Shown here: one piece after another, positions 33,751-47,290 of the stretch | Layout: each line of letters starts with the position of its first letter | Position numbering within the stretch: the first letter of the stretch is position 1 | Assembly (NCBI RefSeq): GCF_964355755.1 | Contig: NC_092670.1 | Coordinates: 25,778,795-25,842,794, forward strand | Origin: Antedon mediterranea | Taxonomy: Eukaryota > Animalia > Echinodermata | Direction of reading: 5' to 3' | Length of the DNA: 64,000 nt | Program-made: the position numbers and the translations under genes | Notes under the pieces: generated by a model | What the model saw: the letters and a program-made list of their open reading frames with translations, nothing else | Databases searched by the model: none | What the model was told of the DNA's origin: nothing

Positions 33751-35998
33751 GGCATAATTTTGACGAATTTTTGAACTTTTTCATCAAAAACGTGCGCAAA
33801 TTATCCAATTCGACGTGCTCGTATGACGTAATTTTAAGTCGAAATTTTTTAAAAGTTGGTAAAATTATTAGAAAAGGCTGCAAAAACATAAATCACGCGA
33901 AAAAAGTATGTATTTAACGCTACGTGTGCACCGCGCGCGTAAAAATTTGCGCGGGTATGGGAATTTTTGACATGCTCAAAATGACAAGAAACGCGTAGAA
34001 AGTTGATTAAAAATTGATTTTGCGCATTTTAAAACTTTAAATGCGCGTGCGCGCGTAACTTTGTGTAAAACACATTTTTTTTTCAACAGAAAGTTAGCGC
34101 CTGATATAAATTAAATTTTTGCAAAGTTTCAATTTAAAATGTTATTTGGTTTTTGACCTATGTTAAATACGAGAAAATCGTTAAATCGCGCGGAAATCAC
34201 GTTGGGCAACTCTAACGTCATTCACAATAGGAGGTGCACAATTTCACGTAAATGCCCACATGTTGACACGCCTTCCATTTTCGATGTCTTCTTCGTATCT
34301 TGGAAATCATCTGGAAGTTTTCATTTCATGTCACGTCTCAACAAAAACAACAAGAACAGTACAAATATACAAATATAAAACTACATAAAAACAGAGAAAC
34401 ACGAGAAAGGGAAAACCAAAAGTGAACTAAATTGTGGTAAATTGTGGTAACAATATCGAGAACAGTGGAATCAATTATATAATCGAGCTTATTGTTAGTA
34501 TGCGTATGCCGTGTAGATATATTCAATCGCATAGATTTACACTTACTAGAATTTAAACTTAAGTTATTGATCTTACACCAGTGGGAAATGTTATTTAAGT
34601 CATTCTGAAGGGAAACATAAAGGATCGTATGGCCCTGTACATGACTGTATCATCAGCATATTGAATAATAATATGTGAATTACAATCGTGGGGAGATCCA
34701 GAACATGATGAAATGAGATGTTAAATAAAATGGGCCCAATCACCCAATGGTAAGTTGCCCCTCTGAATTTTACTGAGACAACTACTACACAGAGGGTGGA
34801 TGATGGTCGCATATAAAAAGATCGCAATTTTCGGTGAAAATTATTTAATAAAGAAATCTAAATTAATGATAAAATTAGCCCTGAAATTAGTAATATATAA
34901 ACAGGATGATAATTATTTAATAATAATATTCTCAAAATGTATGCTGCAAATGTCTTGGTCTGGCGAAAAAAAGACGAACGCCCTATACAGTATGGACACG
35001 AATAAAAACAAGACTCCAGTAATATTTGAAACTAAAAATCAGTATTGAACATTAAGCATTTTAATATGAATAACCTAAAAGGGTTTAGCTAAGCTTTGCT
35101 TTACTAACTTTAGGTTATGTAAAAAGGTTACACTTACTAGATTGTGACTGTCAACACTGGTGTCTGTGTCTCAGTCATTTCTTCCTCCTCCTCGTGGAAT
35201 CGTTTAATAATGCATATTTTCTGCGGAGAGGCCTGTGTTATAGTGATTTTAATCCATGCGAGTTTATATCTATTATTTTTAAAGGATTTATAATGGCCCA
35301 TAGCGAATCCGTTTGTCGAGGTACAATGTCTCGATAATTCGATGGTTTTTATCAAATAGGCCCTATATTAAAAATCCTCACGAGAATTTATCTCTTACTT
35401 GCTTTCGGAATTTCGTTGCAGATACAGGCAAGTTGTTATCAGCCTGTGACACTAAGGATTATCATATGGGTATTATGGAGCCATTTCTTTATAGTTTCTA
35501 GTTGTAGACAAATATGATTGAGGCACATACACGATTAAGCCTATTGACAGCCAGAATATAAATAGAGTGTAACCTATTTTACGTTAACCTAATGTTTGAA
35601 GATAACCATTAGACGAAGGATGGGGGTTAAATCGACCAAATACCATTCCGGGACATAATGTGTTCTTCTGTCCATCGTCGCGGTACGAAAGCTCGCTACA
35701 TTGGAGACACGATGGTCTGAGGTAACTAGACTACCAGGCCTTTAGATCTTGAGGGGCATCTCAGCACGAATGTTTAAAGTCCCATTCCCTAAGTTTAGAT
35801 CTAATTTAAGGTCACAAAGTACATTTAATGTAAAAATAAATACTATAATATTGTCTTATTGCGATAACTTCCTTCGTCTTTGAACGTATATTTATCGAGA
35901 TGGCTACAGACAGTTTAAAGTTGTAAACAGGGTCATTTTCATGTAAAATACATTTTTTTACAACTTTAGTTTCATTTAATCACGTTGCTTTCAGTAAA

Positions 35999-38422
35999 AA
36001 CAAGGCCAACAGCCATTAAGTCGCGTGCTACAATGCATAGTGATACCGGACCGACAGACAAACAGACCGACAGACAGACAGACAGACCGACAGACAGACG
36101 GACCGACCGACATAGTGAACTATACTGACCGAAATTACTGAACATGTTTAAAAATGTTGAAATGTTTAAAGGGGGGTTCCGGGTTTAAAATGAATAGTAA
36201 AAAATGTAAAATATATTTGTTTGTCTCTTGAACGGTAAAAGTTTCAATTTATATAAGCGCCCAGTGAAGCAGAACGAAGGCTGTGAAATGAGGCCAGATT
36301 ACAAGTGCAGCTACGGCAAAATCACACTGTGGTTACAGAATACGAAATTCGTGAAATGGTCAATCTTCCGACGACTCGTTATCAATAACCATATCAATTA
36401 CTTTTGTAAAATTATACTTATCTGATGTAATTTTAGTCGGTCTTCCCATTTATAAAATCAATTTTCTATGAAAATCCATCAAAACAGTGAAAAATTAGAT
36501 AAGTTTGCACTTTACGTTTGCCGATTTTCGCACTGACTTAGGGAAAGCCTTCAAAATCAATGAAGCGTAACGTATACATTCCTGCTGAGGAGCGAGGAGA
36601 GCGAGACGACGATACACGTGCTCTCTCTGCCCATGCCTGGCATCGTCACGTGATAAGCAGATACAGTATACAATACCAAACTGGTCGGGTCGAGTATACC
36701 CCGTCTATATCACAACATGAACGATGTACAGTATTTGATTGAAGGTCGACTCAACCTACCGGAATGGTATAGATAATATAGCTCGAATGAGAGAGTTGGA
36801 ATATTTGTAAACATAAGTACAGTATTGCTAATTTTAACAAGTGTAGCCTATAGTAAAAGGCCTGGTAGTATCAATTCGCATAGGGTCTACTACACTAGCT
36901 AGCTCAATTTTTAACTGGGCCGGATCGGCTAGGCTAGGCTAGGCTAGGTCTCCTTCCTACTACCGGTCTACTTGCTTGATGCAGTATACGATTTTTTGGA
37001 GAGTAAACTAGGCCTACTTATTAGACCATACGTGCGGACGGCGATCGGACCTTGTTTTGCCTCAATATTTACAGCCGATTTTTGTAGAACGTTTTAGGTT
37101 TAGATTGTTTAGGAGTTTGGTTGATAGGATGGGTTTGGAATCCACTGAGTTTTGTTATTTATGGGCCAATCGTTTAGTAATAGGCTAGCTAGGCCCATGA
37201 ATGATGGCCATCGTGGCATGGAATCCCTAGTCAGAAATGGCTCTCACCCCGGCATGAATAAAATGATTTAGTCTAGGCCTAGCCTAGTACGTGAAGCCGA
37301 TATACGATCTGTTACTATTAATTCGAGTTATAAAAATAGTATAATTTATGACTCCGTAATCTGTACTAAATTTTGTATTTCATTAAATGTCAAATAAATA
37401 TATGCTACTGTTATTATTACACTTTAGGCCTAGCTTCTTAGCAAATCTACAAAAAATGTATTTCACAATGATCGGGTGGTCGTCGTTTGACAGAGGAGAG
37501 AGAACACAACGTACAAGCTTGACGTCGCGAGTTTGGAATCCACTGATGACGTGATTTTGTGAATATCTCATGAATATTAATGAGCTTCCCTAAGCTGCTG
37601 AAAAACAGACTTTCCATGAATTTACCCTAAAATGTATATGAAATTTAATTTTTTTAATTTCTCGTTATTACTTCTTCATTCTGACATGTCTATATTGTTA
37701 TAATATTTTTTATTTAATAAATAAACGATATTTAAAAGCAATTTTAAACCCAGAATCCCCCTTTAAAAACATTTATATTTTTTTAATTTACACGTGCGTA
37801 GCCTGTCACTTTTGACGTGCTCGTATAACGTAATTTCGAGTTGAAAAGTAAGTCAAGAAAACAGAAATCGGGCAAAAAGAGTGCGCAATAACATTTAACG
37901 CGCAGTGCGCACGCAAAAATCTGCGCACTCATGGCAATTTTGTAAACGCTTAAAATTGCCTGAAACGTACTCTTATTTCATCGAAAATAAATTTTTAAAA
38001 TTTTAAGCGCGCGTACGCATGCGTTACATGCGCTACGCACGTAATTGTATTGCCATATGATGATTAATTTTATGCCCTGAAATTTATGAGTACCAAATTT
38101 TATTGAATTGTGATTCATGGTTGTTAAGATAATGATTACAAACGTGATTTCGTTAAATCGTGCGTAGACCGCGTAATTTTTTATTGCGCACCGTGAAAAC
38201 ATAACCACATCGATTCCTGGCCATAAGGAATATTCTGTGAAAAATTGACTTAGCTAGAGTAAACTGATATCAAGATAAGGTCATAAAGCGATAAAACGCA
38301 TAGTGATACCGGACCGACAGACAGACAGACAGACAGACCGACAGACAGACCGACAGACAGACCGACAGACAGACCGACCGACCGACATAGTGAACTATAG
38401 AGTCGCTTCCACGCGACTAAAA
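35999..38422 (-). mobile_element. HINE copy C interrupted by a Kolobok-like element
   Basis: Matches copy A on both sides of 36170-37762. Confidence 0.85.
36170..37762. mobile_element. Non-autonomous Kolobok-like DNA transposon
   Basis: TTAA TSD (36166-36169 and 37763-37766); TIR AGGGGGGTTCCGGGTTTAAAAT / ATTTTAAACCCAGAATCCCCCT. The empty site AATGTTTAAAAACATTT is visible in copy A. Confidence 0.8.
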
Positions 38423-38696
38423 ACCTATTGCATAAAAGCCACTAATACATGTAACATGTTTATAGCGTAACCTAATAATAATACATGTCATCAGCCAGAT
38501 TTAATTAATCTTTCTGAATTTAACTTATCGGCCGTATACTTTAAAATGTATTTAAAACTTGTTAAGATCAATAATGGGATTACTTGATTGGCCACCCTAG
38601 GCTATTAAATGTGATGATAAAACTATATTGAAACAAAGATCGGGAAACTTTAGAATTGATTAAATAGAAAATAGTTCTGCGTAAATGTTACGCTTA

Positions 38697-38875
38697 AGCG
38701 TGGTTCCCACTAGCGACGCAACACAAGGACGTAACGCAACGCAAGTGAATTGACCAATCACAAGCGATGGCTTATTCGCTTGTGATTGCTAACTGTCTAT
38801 AACTTCACTTGTCATTGGTTAAAACGCTTGCGTTGCGTTTACGTCCTTGCGTTACGTTCTAGTGGGAACCAAGCT
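38697..38875. mobile_element. PIF/Harbinger-type MITE
   Basis: TTA TSD; long TIR AGCGTGGTTCCCACTAG...CTAGTGGGAACCAAGCT with the internal palindrome extending inward. Confidence 0.8.
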
Positions 38876-40790
38876 TTATGAATGACATATATGGATTCAA
38901 TCAAATCAATTGTTATTATTTCAATACCAACGTATTGGTTTATAGCTCAAATAACTAATCCATCTTTATTCCCCTTTACATTGCTATAATCTTGTGCTAT
39001 CATCGCATTTATCAGATGATGCATATTATAGTCAACATCATCGTAACTAGTGCAACATCAACGTGACTAATGCAAAATACAAACACCCACACACAAATAA
39101 TTGTCTTTGTTAGAAACTCAAGAACCATCGCGCCAATTTGACTACCAATATTTATGAAATGCTTTTTGTATAATAGTTTTGTCGATTGAGGATAAAATTC
39201 TTAACATGTTGAACTGTATATTCCTAATTATGTGCATAAATAGTACATATACCATATGCTATTATCCAGTACCTTTAATCGCTTTAATCCCTAAATAAAT
39301 TAAGACTACATTTAAAAAATCCAGTTTCGCAGTTGTTGCTTTCGTGTTTAAGCCTGTTGTGGCATTACCTCTTCACCAACTACCTCATAATGAACTGAAC
39401 AACCTAACCATTGTTCGATTTTCAGACACCAGATCATCAATCAGACAATACTAAACAATACGGTGATATTACTATGTATACAATATCTTTTTCCGAAAAA
39501 AAAAACGAGCATCTGAAAAGTAATATTCCTATAGAATGGACTGTCGAATGAACTTTGGTTTGGTGGCATAATATTGGAGTTTTTTTTTTATGTAATATGA
39601 GATTCCCAGTTATTCTTAACTGAATGAATGTGGAAATGAAAATATCAAAACATTAATACAAAACAATTAATTATAACAACGTAGATTTCATTGTATTGAT
39701 CGGCCACCTTGAAATAAGGTATAAAATTAGGCGTCATTTATTCGGAAATAGAAACTTGAGACCAATTGTTTGAGTCAAATTTAAACAACCTAATTTGTAT
39801 ATTATGTTACATTACGGTTGAAGGATGGGAAAGAGGACGCGATTCGTTCGCGTACCATATAGATGGTTCTTGAATACGTAGTAATTTCAGCGTAAAAAAC
39901 TGGCGATTTCAAATGTACGTACCGCAGGACTATATTATACATGTCGTTTACAGGAAATTACTAAATTAAAAACACCTCTGTTTGGGGCAAAGCGTAAATT
40001 CGCTTAAATCGTCAATAAATAATTAACTAACTCAACTTAATTAGTAGGCCAATTCAAACATAAGTTGGTTCCTACCCACCAAAGTTGTTCTGCGTTAGGG
40101 CATGTCCTAATTTGTGTAGTAGCTTAGAGTTTATATGGTACGTTATTTACACGGGTAAGTTGGTTCCTGGGGCAAATCGTTGCCCCAATACAACGAGACG
40201 GGACACAAAATTAACACGTTAGATATTGCAATGAAGATGAAATATTACAGACAAGAGATCTACAATTGATTTAAGCAATGATGAATGCGAAGATGAGACA
40301 AGTACCCTATTTCAATCAACTTCTGGGACTCAGGATGGAACATCGAAGACAGCGATGTTAGTGACAACGATAGCACAGACAGGGCCAAAGAAGATACAGA
40401 ACAAGTTGCAAGCAGAGAAATGGATACAGTACAGACCAGCATTAAGCACACTACTTACATTGCTTCATGCTCTACAAATGCCGATAAACAGCAAAAAGAA
40501 AACGAAACAAAATCAAGCAAAGATGACACCATAAGTGAGTCAAATAATGTACAGTAGATACAGACACTGGAAGTCCTGTATAAAGAAAAGGGAAAAAAGA
40601 GACGACGAATGAGACGCAAGTCAAAGTAAACACGATAAGTACTGTACTTGTTGCTAAAATATACATCAATTGTACCCTATCGTAAATTAATTAGTATACT
40701 TTAATATTATAAAATCACAATATGGGTAAAGAAAACAATTTAATAGAGCGGTTAATATCTGCCTGTGCTTATAAGTAAAGCTAGCTTATT

Positions 40791-43360
40791 CATGTCTTCC
40801 ATACATTTTATTTCACTAAATGTAAGAGGTCTAAGAAATAAAGATAAGCAAAGCAAAATTATAAATGTGCAATGTCCAGAAAGCCAATATGGTTCTACTC
40901 CAGGAAACACATTTCACAGCTGGCGTTACTATTAACCATTTTGTTAAATTATGGGATGGTGCATGTTACCACAGTTGTGGAACATCAAAGAGTGTAGGTG
41001 TTTTAATTTTAATTATACATTAAAACACTTCATAACAAAATTAAAGTTAAAATATGCATGGGAAAATAAAAATCCAAACAAAATTCAATGTACATGGCGA
41101 AGAAAATGCCACCAAGTATATAGACGACTTGACTTCTGGCTAATCTCAAACAATATTTTTGATCATGATGGAATAAAATCTTTTGACATAACCCCTGCAA
41201 TATATACATTTTATTGATTTAAGAAAAGGCCCTAGCTACTGGAAACTGAACAATGAACTATTACAGAATATCTAATATCGAAATTCTATTCGGAAAATAA
41301 TGTTAAAAACACAAATAGGCCTAAATGAATATAATCTTGACCCTGAAATACTATGGGAATTAATCAAAAACCAGAATTAAGAATATATCAATTCTATATG
41401 GAAAGAAAATAAATAAAAAGAAAAAAAACAAAAAGAAAAACTACAGAAAGAAATATGCCTAAAACAATTAAATGATGCATTATTATATAGTTTCTCTAAA
41501 AATCCATAGAAATAAACATTGAAACAAAAACTAAAGAGTTAGAAAACATTTATGATAATAAAACAAAAGGTGCATACGTACGTTCAAGGGTAAAGTGGAT
41601 AGAAGCACAAAATACTTTTTAAATTTAGAAAAAAGAAATGGTAATAAAAAGGTTATAAACATTCTTGAAAAACTGAACGGCGAAATTATAACAACATCAA
41701 AAGATATTCTTCAAGAAGAGTTAAGTTTTATAAACAGTTTTATGCAAAGATTCCTCTTAATGAATAGAATCATTTATTAACAAAACAGATATACCATGTT
41801 TAACAGAAAAAAAAGAGTTTATGTGAAGGTATTGTTTCGGGGTATCATTAAACTATTGTACAAACAAGGCTATATATATATATTACATCAAGACAAGGCC
41901 ATATACATAGTGTCTACCGACCAACCGACCGACACAGTGAGCTGTAGAGTCGCGTTGCATGCGACTAAAAAGGTGATAAAGAATTGTTAGACAACTAGCG
42001 GCCTATTATATTGCTTAACACAGACTATAACATTCTGACTCGCATAATATGTTCTTCAAAACGTAATTAAGACATTAGTTAATGAGGACCAAAACTGCTA
42101 TATTAAGGGTCGATTCTCTGGCGAGAATATATGGTTAATGATATTCTTCATTACATTGAAGAAACAGAAATAGAAGGTACTATAATATCACTTGATTTAA
42201 AAAAAGCTTTCGTTAGCAGAAAGTTTATGTTCAGTGTATTAAGAAAATGTAATTTTGGCGAATCTTTTAGTAAATGGGTAAACACATTGTATAGTAACAC
42301 AGAGTGTATCATTGTAAATAATGGATGGATATTGAATAATCTTAAAATGGAAGGTGGAATAAGACAAGGTTGTCCGTTGTCAGCTTTGCTATTTATCCTT
42401 GCAACAGAAGTACGTGAGTAATGGCTTGTAATATAAGGAATGATTTATTCTATAGAGGAATACCGGTTCCTAAAAAAGATTGTAGTTTTGAAGAGGTGCG
42501 TATTGCACAGCTTGCTGACGATACGGTGTTGTTTGTCGGAAATGACAAAAGTATAACTAGGAGTGTAGAAATTGTAGAAGACTTTTGTAAAGTGTCTGAC
42601 GTGTGTTTAAATGGGCATAAAACCAACGCTATGTGGATATGGAAAAAAACCTGGTAAGCTGAATTAGGTAGATAAACCAATTAAGATATTAGAGATCTAT
42701 ATTGGATACAATACCAGATTGTGCAAAGAGTTAAACTGGGATGCTAAAATGATCAACTTTGAAAGACTACTGAATACAGTACTTAGAAAATGAGAGATCT
42801 AACATATTATTATGGTAAGGTGACAATTTGAAAAGGTCTCGCATTGTCAAAATTGATATACAATGCTTCAATTATAGAGGTACCTAACCATGTTATCGCG
42901 AAAGTAAATAAATTGTCATATGAATTATTATGAAATGGAACAAAAGAAAAAAAAATATGAAAAACAATAATTTGTAAACCGTTAGAAGGAGGCATTGGCA
43001 TGCCTGATTTCTCACTACATGTAAAAGCATTTAAAATTAAATGGGTGAGAAATCTCCTATCGAGAAAACATGTAAGGTGGAAATTGTTGCCTTTGCATTA
43101 CATCAATAGAATAGGTAATAAGAATATTTTATTCAGTATGTCATGCATAAATCTCACTAATCAGAGGATCTTTCAAGGTAAAGCATTATTTTATTTAAAA
43201 GTTATTGAGAGTTGCGTCGATTTCAACAATGTTGACGTTGAAACTATCAGTAATTATAAACAGATTGTTGACCAATATTTATAGGGAAATAAGAATATTA
43301 AAATAAATAAAAAGGCTTTATTTTATAAAAAAAATTGTGTTTCATCAGGCATATTATATG
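40791..43360 (+). pseudogene. Degenerate Tx1/L1-clade LINE ORF2
   Basis: MSSIHFISLNVRGLR, QETH, RLDFWLIS, STKYFLNLEK, GIRQGCPLSALLF, LADDT, GGIGMPDF; many stops. A mini-HINE is inserted at 41862-41971. Confidence 0.85.
41862..41971 (-). mobile_element. Mini-HINE inserted in an A-run of the Tx1 LINE
   Basis: AACAAGGC...CCGACCAACCGACCGAC...GAGTCGCGTTGCATGCGACTAAAA, splitting the peptide GIIKLLYK|KGDK. Confidence 0.65.
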
Positions 43361-43464
43361 CCTACTGAGTCGCTCATGATCGGTATAGTGCTTCCGGAGG
43401 ACAAACAGGGTTCATCCTGTTTTTTGTCCTTTTATACCGCAAGTAAAGGGTAATTTTCCGCGTA

Positions 43465-43722
43465 TTGTTTTGTTTGTTTGTTTTGACCATTTTTAATGAG
43501 GGTGATCCATCCAGCAATTGCTGATCATTAGGGACCCTCAGAGAGAGGTTCCCAAGACAAACATATACACAAGATGCTCTACATAAACAAAGTCTTATTA
43601 CAAGTCTTTGGGAGAGGAGTTGAAATTTTGTCCTTAGAAAAAATCCTGACATGTGACGGGACTTGAACCCAGAACCCTTAGATTGGTAGCCAAGCATCAT
43701 AACCACCAAGCCACAGGGAAGT
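43465..43722 (-). mobile_element. tRNA-derived SINE with a LINE-derived tail
   Basis: Reverse-complement head TCCCTGTGGCTTGGTGGTTA...GGTTCAAGTCC (A and B boxes); tail GAGGGTCCC...GGATGGATCACCCTC followed by (AAAC)n. Confidence 0.75.
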
Positions 43723-44059
43723 GCCACCGGAGGTGCTGACCGGTCGTGGGCGATCAATGTTTTTACTTTTGAATTCCGCCTCCCCACCTCCACCCTATAA
43801 GGGCCCTACCAAATAATAAACACTATACTTTAAAATGTTATTAATCAATGTAATTAAAATTTAATTTAATAATCAAAACACTGTGAAACAGAGTAGGTTT
43901 AGTTTTACGAATATCAACTATTTCAATAATGGTAACCGACCGAAAACGTTCAAGACAGAAAGTCCTTCTAAAACCTTTTTACCCTAGTCATTATCATTCC
44001 AAGAACCATCGTCTACACTTCCTAGAAGGGGAGTGACCGAAGTTGCCAGAAATTACTTA

Positions 44060-47000
44060 TATTTAATAATAATAATATCAATAATATCAACTTTATTCAC
44101 ACATCATCATACATAAATAGTACAATACAATAAAATGTATGTGTGTGTGAAAAGGAGCTTTGGCTAATCAAGGTTTGACTCCTGTCACAAAAAATAAATT
44201 AGTCATAATGCATACATTTTCATCTATCAACAATAATTCAATAAGAAAGAAACAGCAACTATATGAAAGAAATAACGTAAACAACGTAAACAAGGGCTAA
44301 CATTAATATTTTTGTAAAAGTAAACATTTAACTTCATTTATGAATTTAAATCTAGAAGAGGTACATTTATAACTAAGGGTAAATTATTCTAAAGTTGAGC
44401 TCCATTAAAAGAAATTCTAAATTTACCAGCATCTGTGCGAGCTTTCGGAATTGCCAAATTATATCTATTACTAAATCTGGTACTAGCATAATGTGTAATT
44501 AAATAAAAGTATTCCACTGTTTGATGTGGTGTTTTGCCGTTAATTTGGTCATGAACAAACTTAACTATACTTAATTCGAACAACTTAAAAACGTCTAAAA
44601 TACCCAGATCTTTAAATAATGGAGAGGATGGAGCCATAAAATCAGAGAAAGTTATACATCTAAGACACATTTTTTGGACAAGTAAAATAGGATAAAGATG
44701 CGACTTATACGTGCTACCCCAGACTTCTAAACCATAAGTAATATTTGATTGAATAAATGATTTATAAAGCATAAGTAAAATATTACGGGGTACAATATGG
44801 CGTAAACTAAACAGAATTCCAGATTTCTTTTTTATCCTATTTTTAATAAAGTTTATATGGCTCTTCCATGTGATGTGTTTATCAAATTTAACACCTAAAA
44901 ACTGAATTTCATTGACTTCTTTAATCATAACATGTTTGTAATAAATATTGTTTGATTTATTAATAGTTTTATATCGGTTACAAAAAATAATATAATTAGT
45001 TTTAACTAAGTTAACAGTTAATTTATTAGCGTCACACCAGTTTGATATTTTTTTTAAATGATGATTTACCATAGACAAATCAATATTACTGCCTGCAAAA
45101 TTGTGATATAAGGTAGTGTCGTCAGCAAATAAACGATAATCAAAAAAACTGGAAGAATTTGGTAAATCATTAATATAGATTAGAAAAAGAGTGGGTCGAT
45201 CCAAGAACCGAGCCTTGTGGAACACCGCATTGAATTGATAACTGATCGGAGCTTTGACCGTTCGAAAAAACAAATTGGGATCTATTTTTTAAATAATCAG
45301 TAAACAAAAGTAACGGTTGCCCTCTAATACCATAATAATATAATTTGGATAACAAAATTTGGTGATTAATTGTATCGAAGGCTTTAGAAAAATCAATAAA
45401 TATACCTAGTGAAGACTTATTATTATCAACTTGATAAAGAAAATTATTAATTAGATTAATTAGGGATAATTTTGTACTATATTTTTCACGAAAACCGTAC
45501 TGGTGTTTAAAGAACAAATTATATTTTTCAAAGAAGATAATAAGTCTGTTATTGATAATTCTTTCAAAAATTTTACTAAATAAAGGCAAAATGGAAATTG
45601 GACGATAATTACCGGGGTTATCTGTATTACCTTTCTTAAATAGAGGTATTACTTTTGCTACTTTCAAAGCAGTGGGGAAACGACTATGTGTAAATGATAA
45701 ATTAATAATGTAGGATAGCGGCATTGCAATGACGTTTGCAGCTATAACAATCAATTTAGCCGGTAAATCATCATATCCCGCTGATTTTCTAATATCAATA
45801 CCTTTTAATAATGAAGAACTTCGTCATAACATGTAGGGTTTAAAAAGAAAGATTTGTCTGAAACATTGTCAAAAAATCAGAATACATTGATGTAGATGCA
45901 ATTTTCTCTGCAAGGTTGGGACCGATGTTAGTGAAATACTGATTAAAGGTATTTACAATTTTTTCGGGAGTATCCTGAACTATTTCATTACCATTATCGT
46001 GTTTAATTATTAATTTTTCAGGTAGGTTGTGATTAGATTTGTTTTTCCCAAGAAGATTATTGATAGTTTGCCATGTTTTCGAGGAATTATTCTGGTTGTG
46101 TAAAAGTAAAGTAGTATAGTAATTTCTTTTAGCTTGTCTAAGTACTTTTGTTAACGTATTTCTATACTTCTTATATATGGTTACTTTACTAATTTCATGT
46201 CCTGATTTAATCACCTTTGAATACAACTTATATTTTTTATTAATTGATTTTTTAATTGATTTGGTAATCCATGGTTTGTTTTTTGTTTTTGTTTTTGAAG
46301 ATCTTTCTACCATTGGGGCATGAATATTACAATAATCACTAAATAATGAGACAAATAACTCGTATGCTTCATCAACCTCATTACAAGAGTAAATTGCATC
46401 CCAAGAAATAAGAGATAGTTCATCAATAAATCTTTGTTCATCAAAATATTTGTAGTTTCTATACTTAATTTTACCCTTAACGTTTCCTGTATACTTAGTG
46501 TTAGCAAATATTGCAAAGGTAGGTAAATGGTCTGAAATATCACATGCGATTGTACCAGAATGTATTGAATTACTAACAACATTAGTATAGATATGATCTA
46601 TGATTGTCGATGACGTTTTCGTAATCCTTGTAGGAACGGTTATGATTTGATTTAAATTAATACAAGTTAAGGCTGTAGAAAATGCATCTATCGACTTATC
46701 ATCGTCCGATTTGGAGAGATCAATATTAAAGTCTCCTAGCAGAATACATTGATGTTTGTCTATTTTTATAGAATTAAGAACATTTATTAACCCGTTGTGA
46801 AATTCATGTATACTAGTGTTTGGCTTTCTATAAATAACACTTACAATAATAAAGTTATTACCATCTGAAACCTCTAACCACAAAGATTCAGTATTTGGAA
46901 CAGTATAGGGAAGAACTTTATATTTAATTGAAGAGTGAATATATGCAGCAACCCCGCCGCCTCTACTATTTTCCCGACAGTTATATTCAAGAGAATAAGA

Positions 47001-47290
47001 ATTTAAATGCAATAATTCTGGATTGTCTATTTTCCATGTCTCTGAAACTCCAATAATTTTAAATTTGCCTATCAGTGTGTCTTCATAGAGCAAACGAGTT
47101 TCTTCAAAAAATTTTTTCTCTAAGGGAACGAGCGTTTATGTGTGTTACAGTGAATGCATGATTAAACACAGTGCTGTAAGACGCATTAAATGCAGACGGT
47201 GTTACTGCATTTTTCACATTTTTGTTATTTAAATTAATGTAAAGGTCCTCCTCAAGATATGAATCTATAAAATCCTGCATACCAGGTTAC
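44060..47290 (-). mobile_element. L2/Crack-type LINE ORF2 (APE plus RT), frameshifted
   Basis: HINARSL, GVSETW, RGGGV, YRKP, GDFN, SDHLP, YRPISILP, QYGFR, DFSKAFD, GVPQGSVLG, LFADDT; (AAT)n tail near 44065-44090. Confidence 0.92.

Noticed and set aside
43374-43793. 139-aa minus-strand ORF
   Set aside because: It runs through a tRNA-derived SINE and has no protein motifs.
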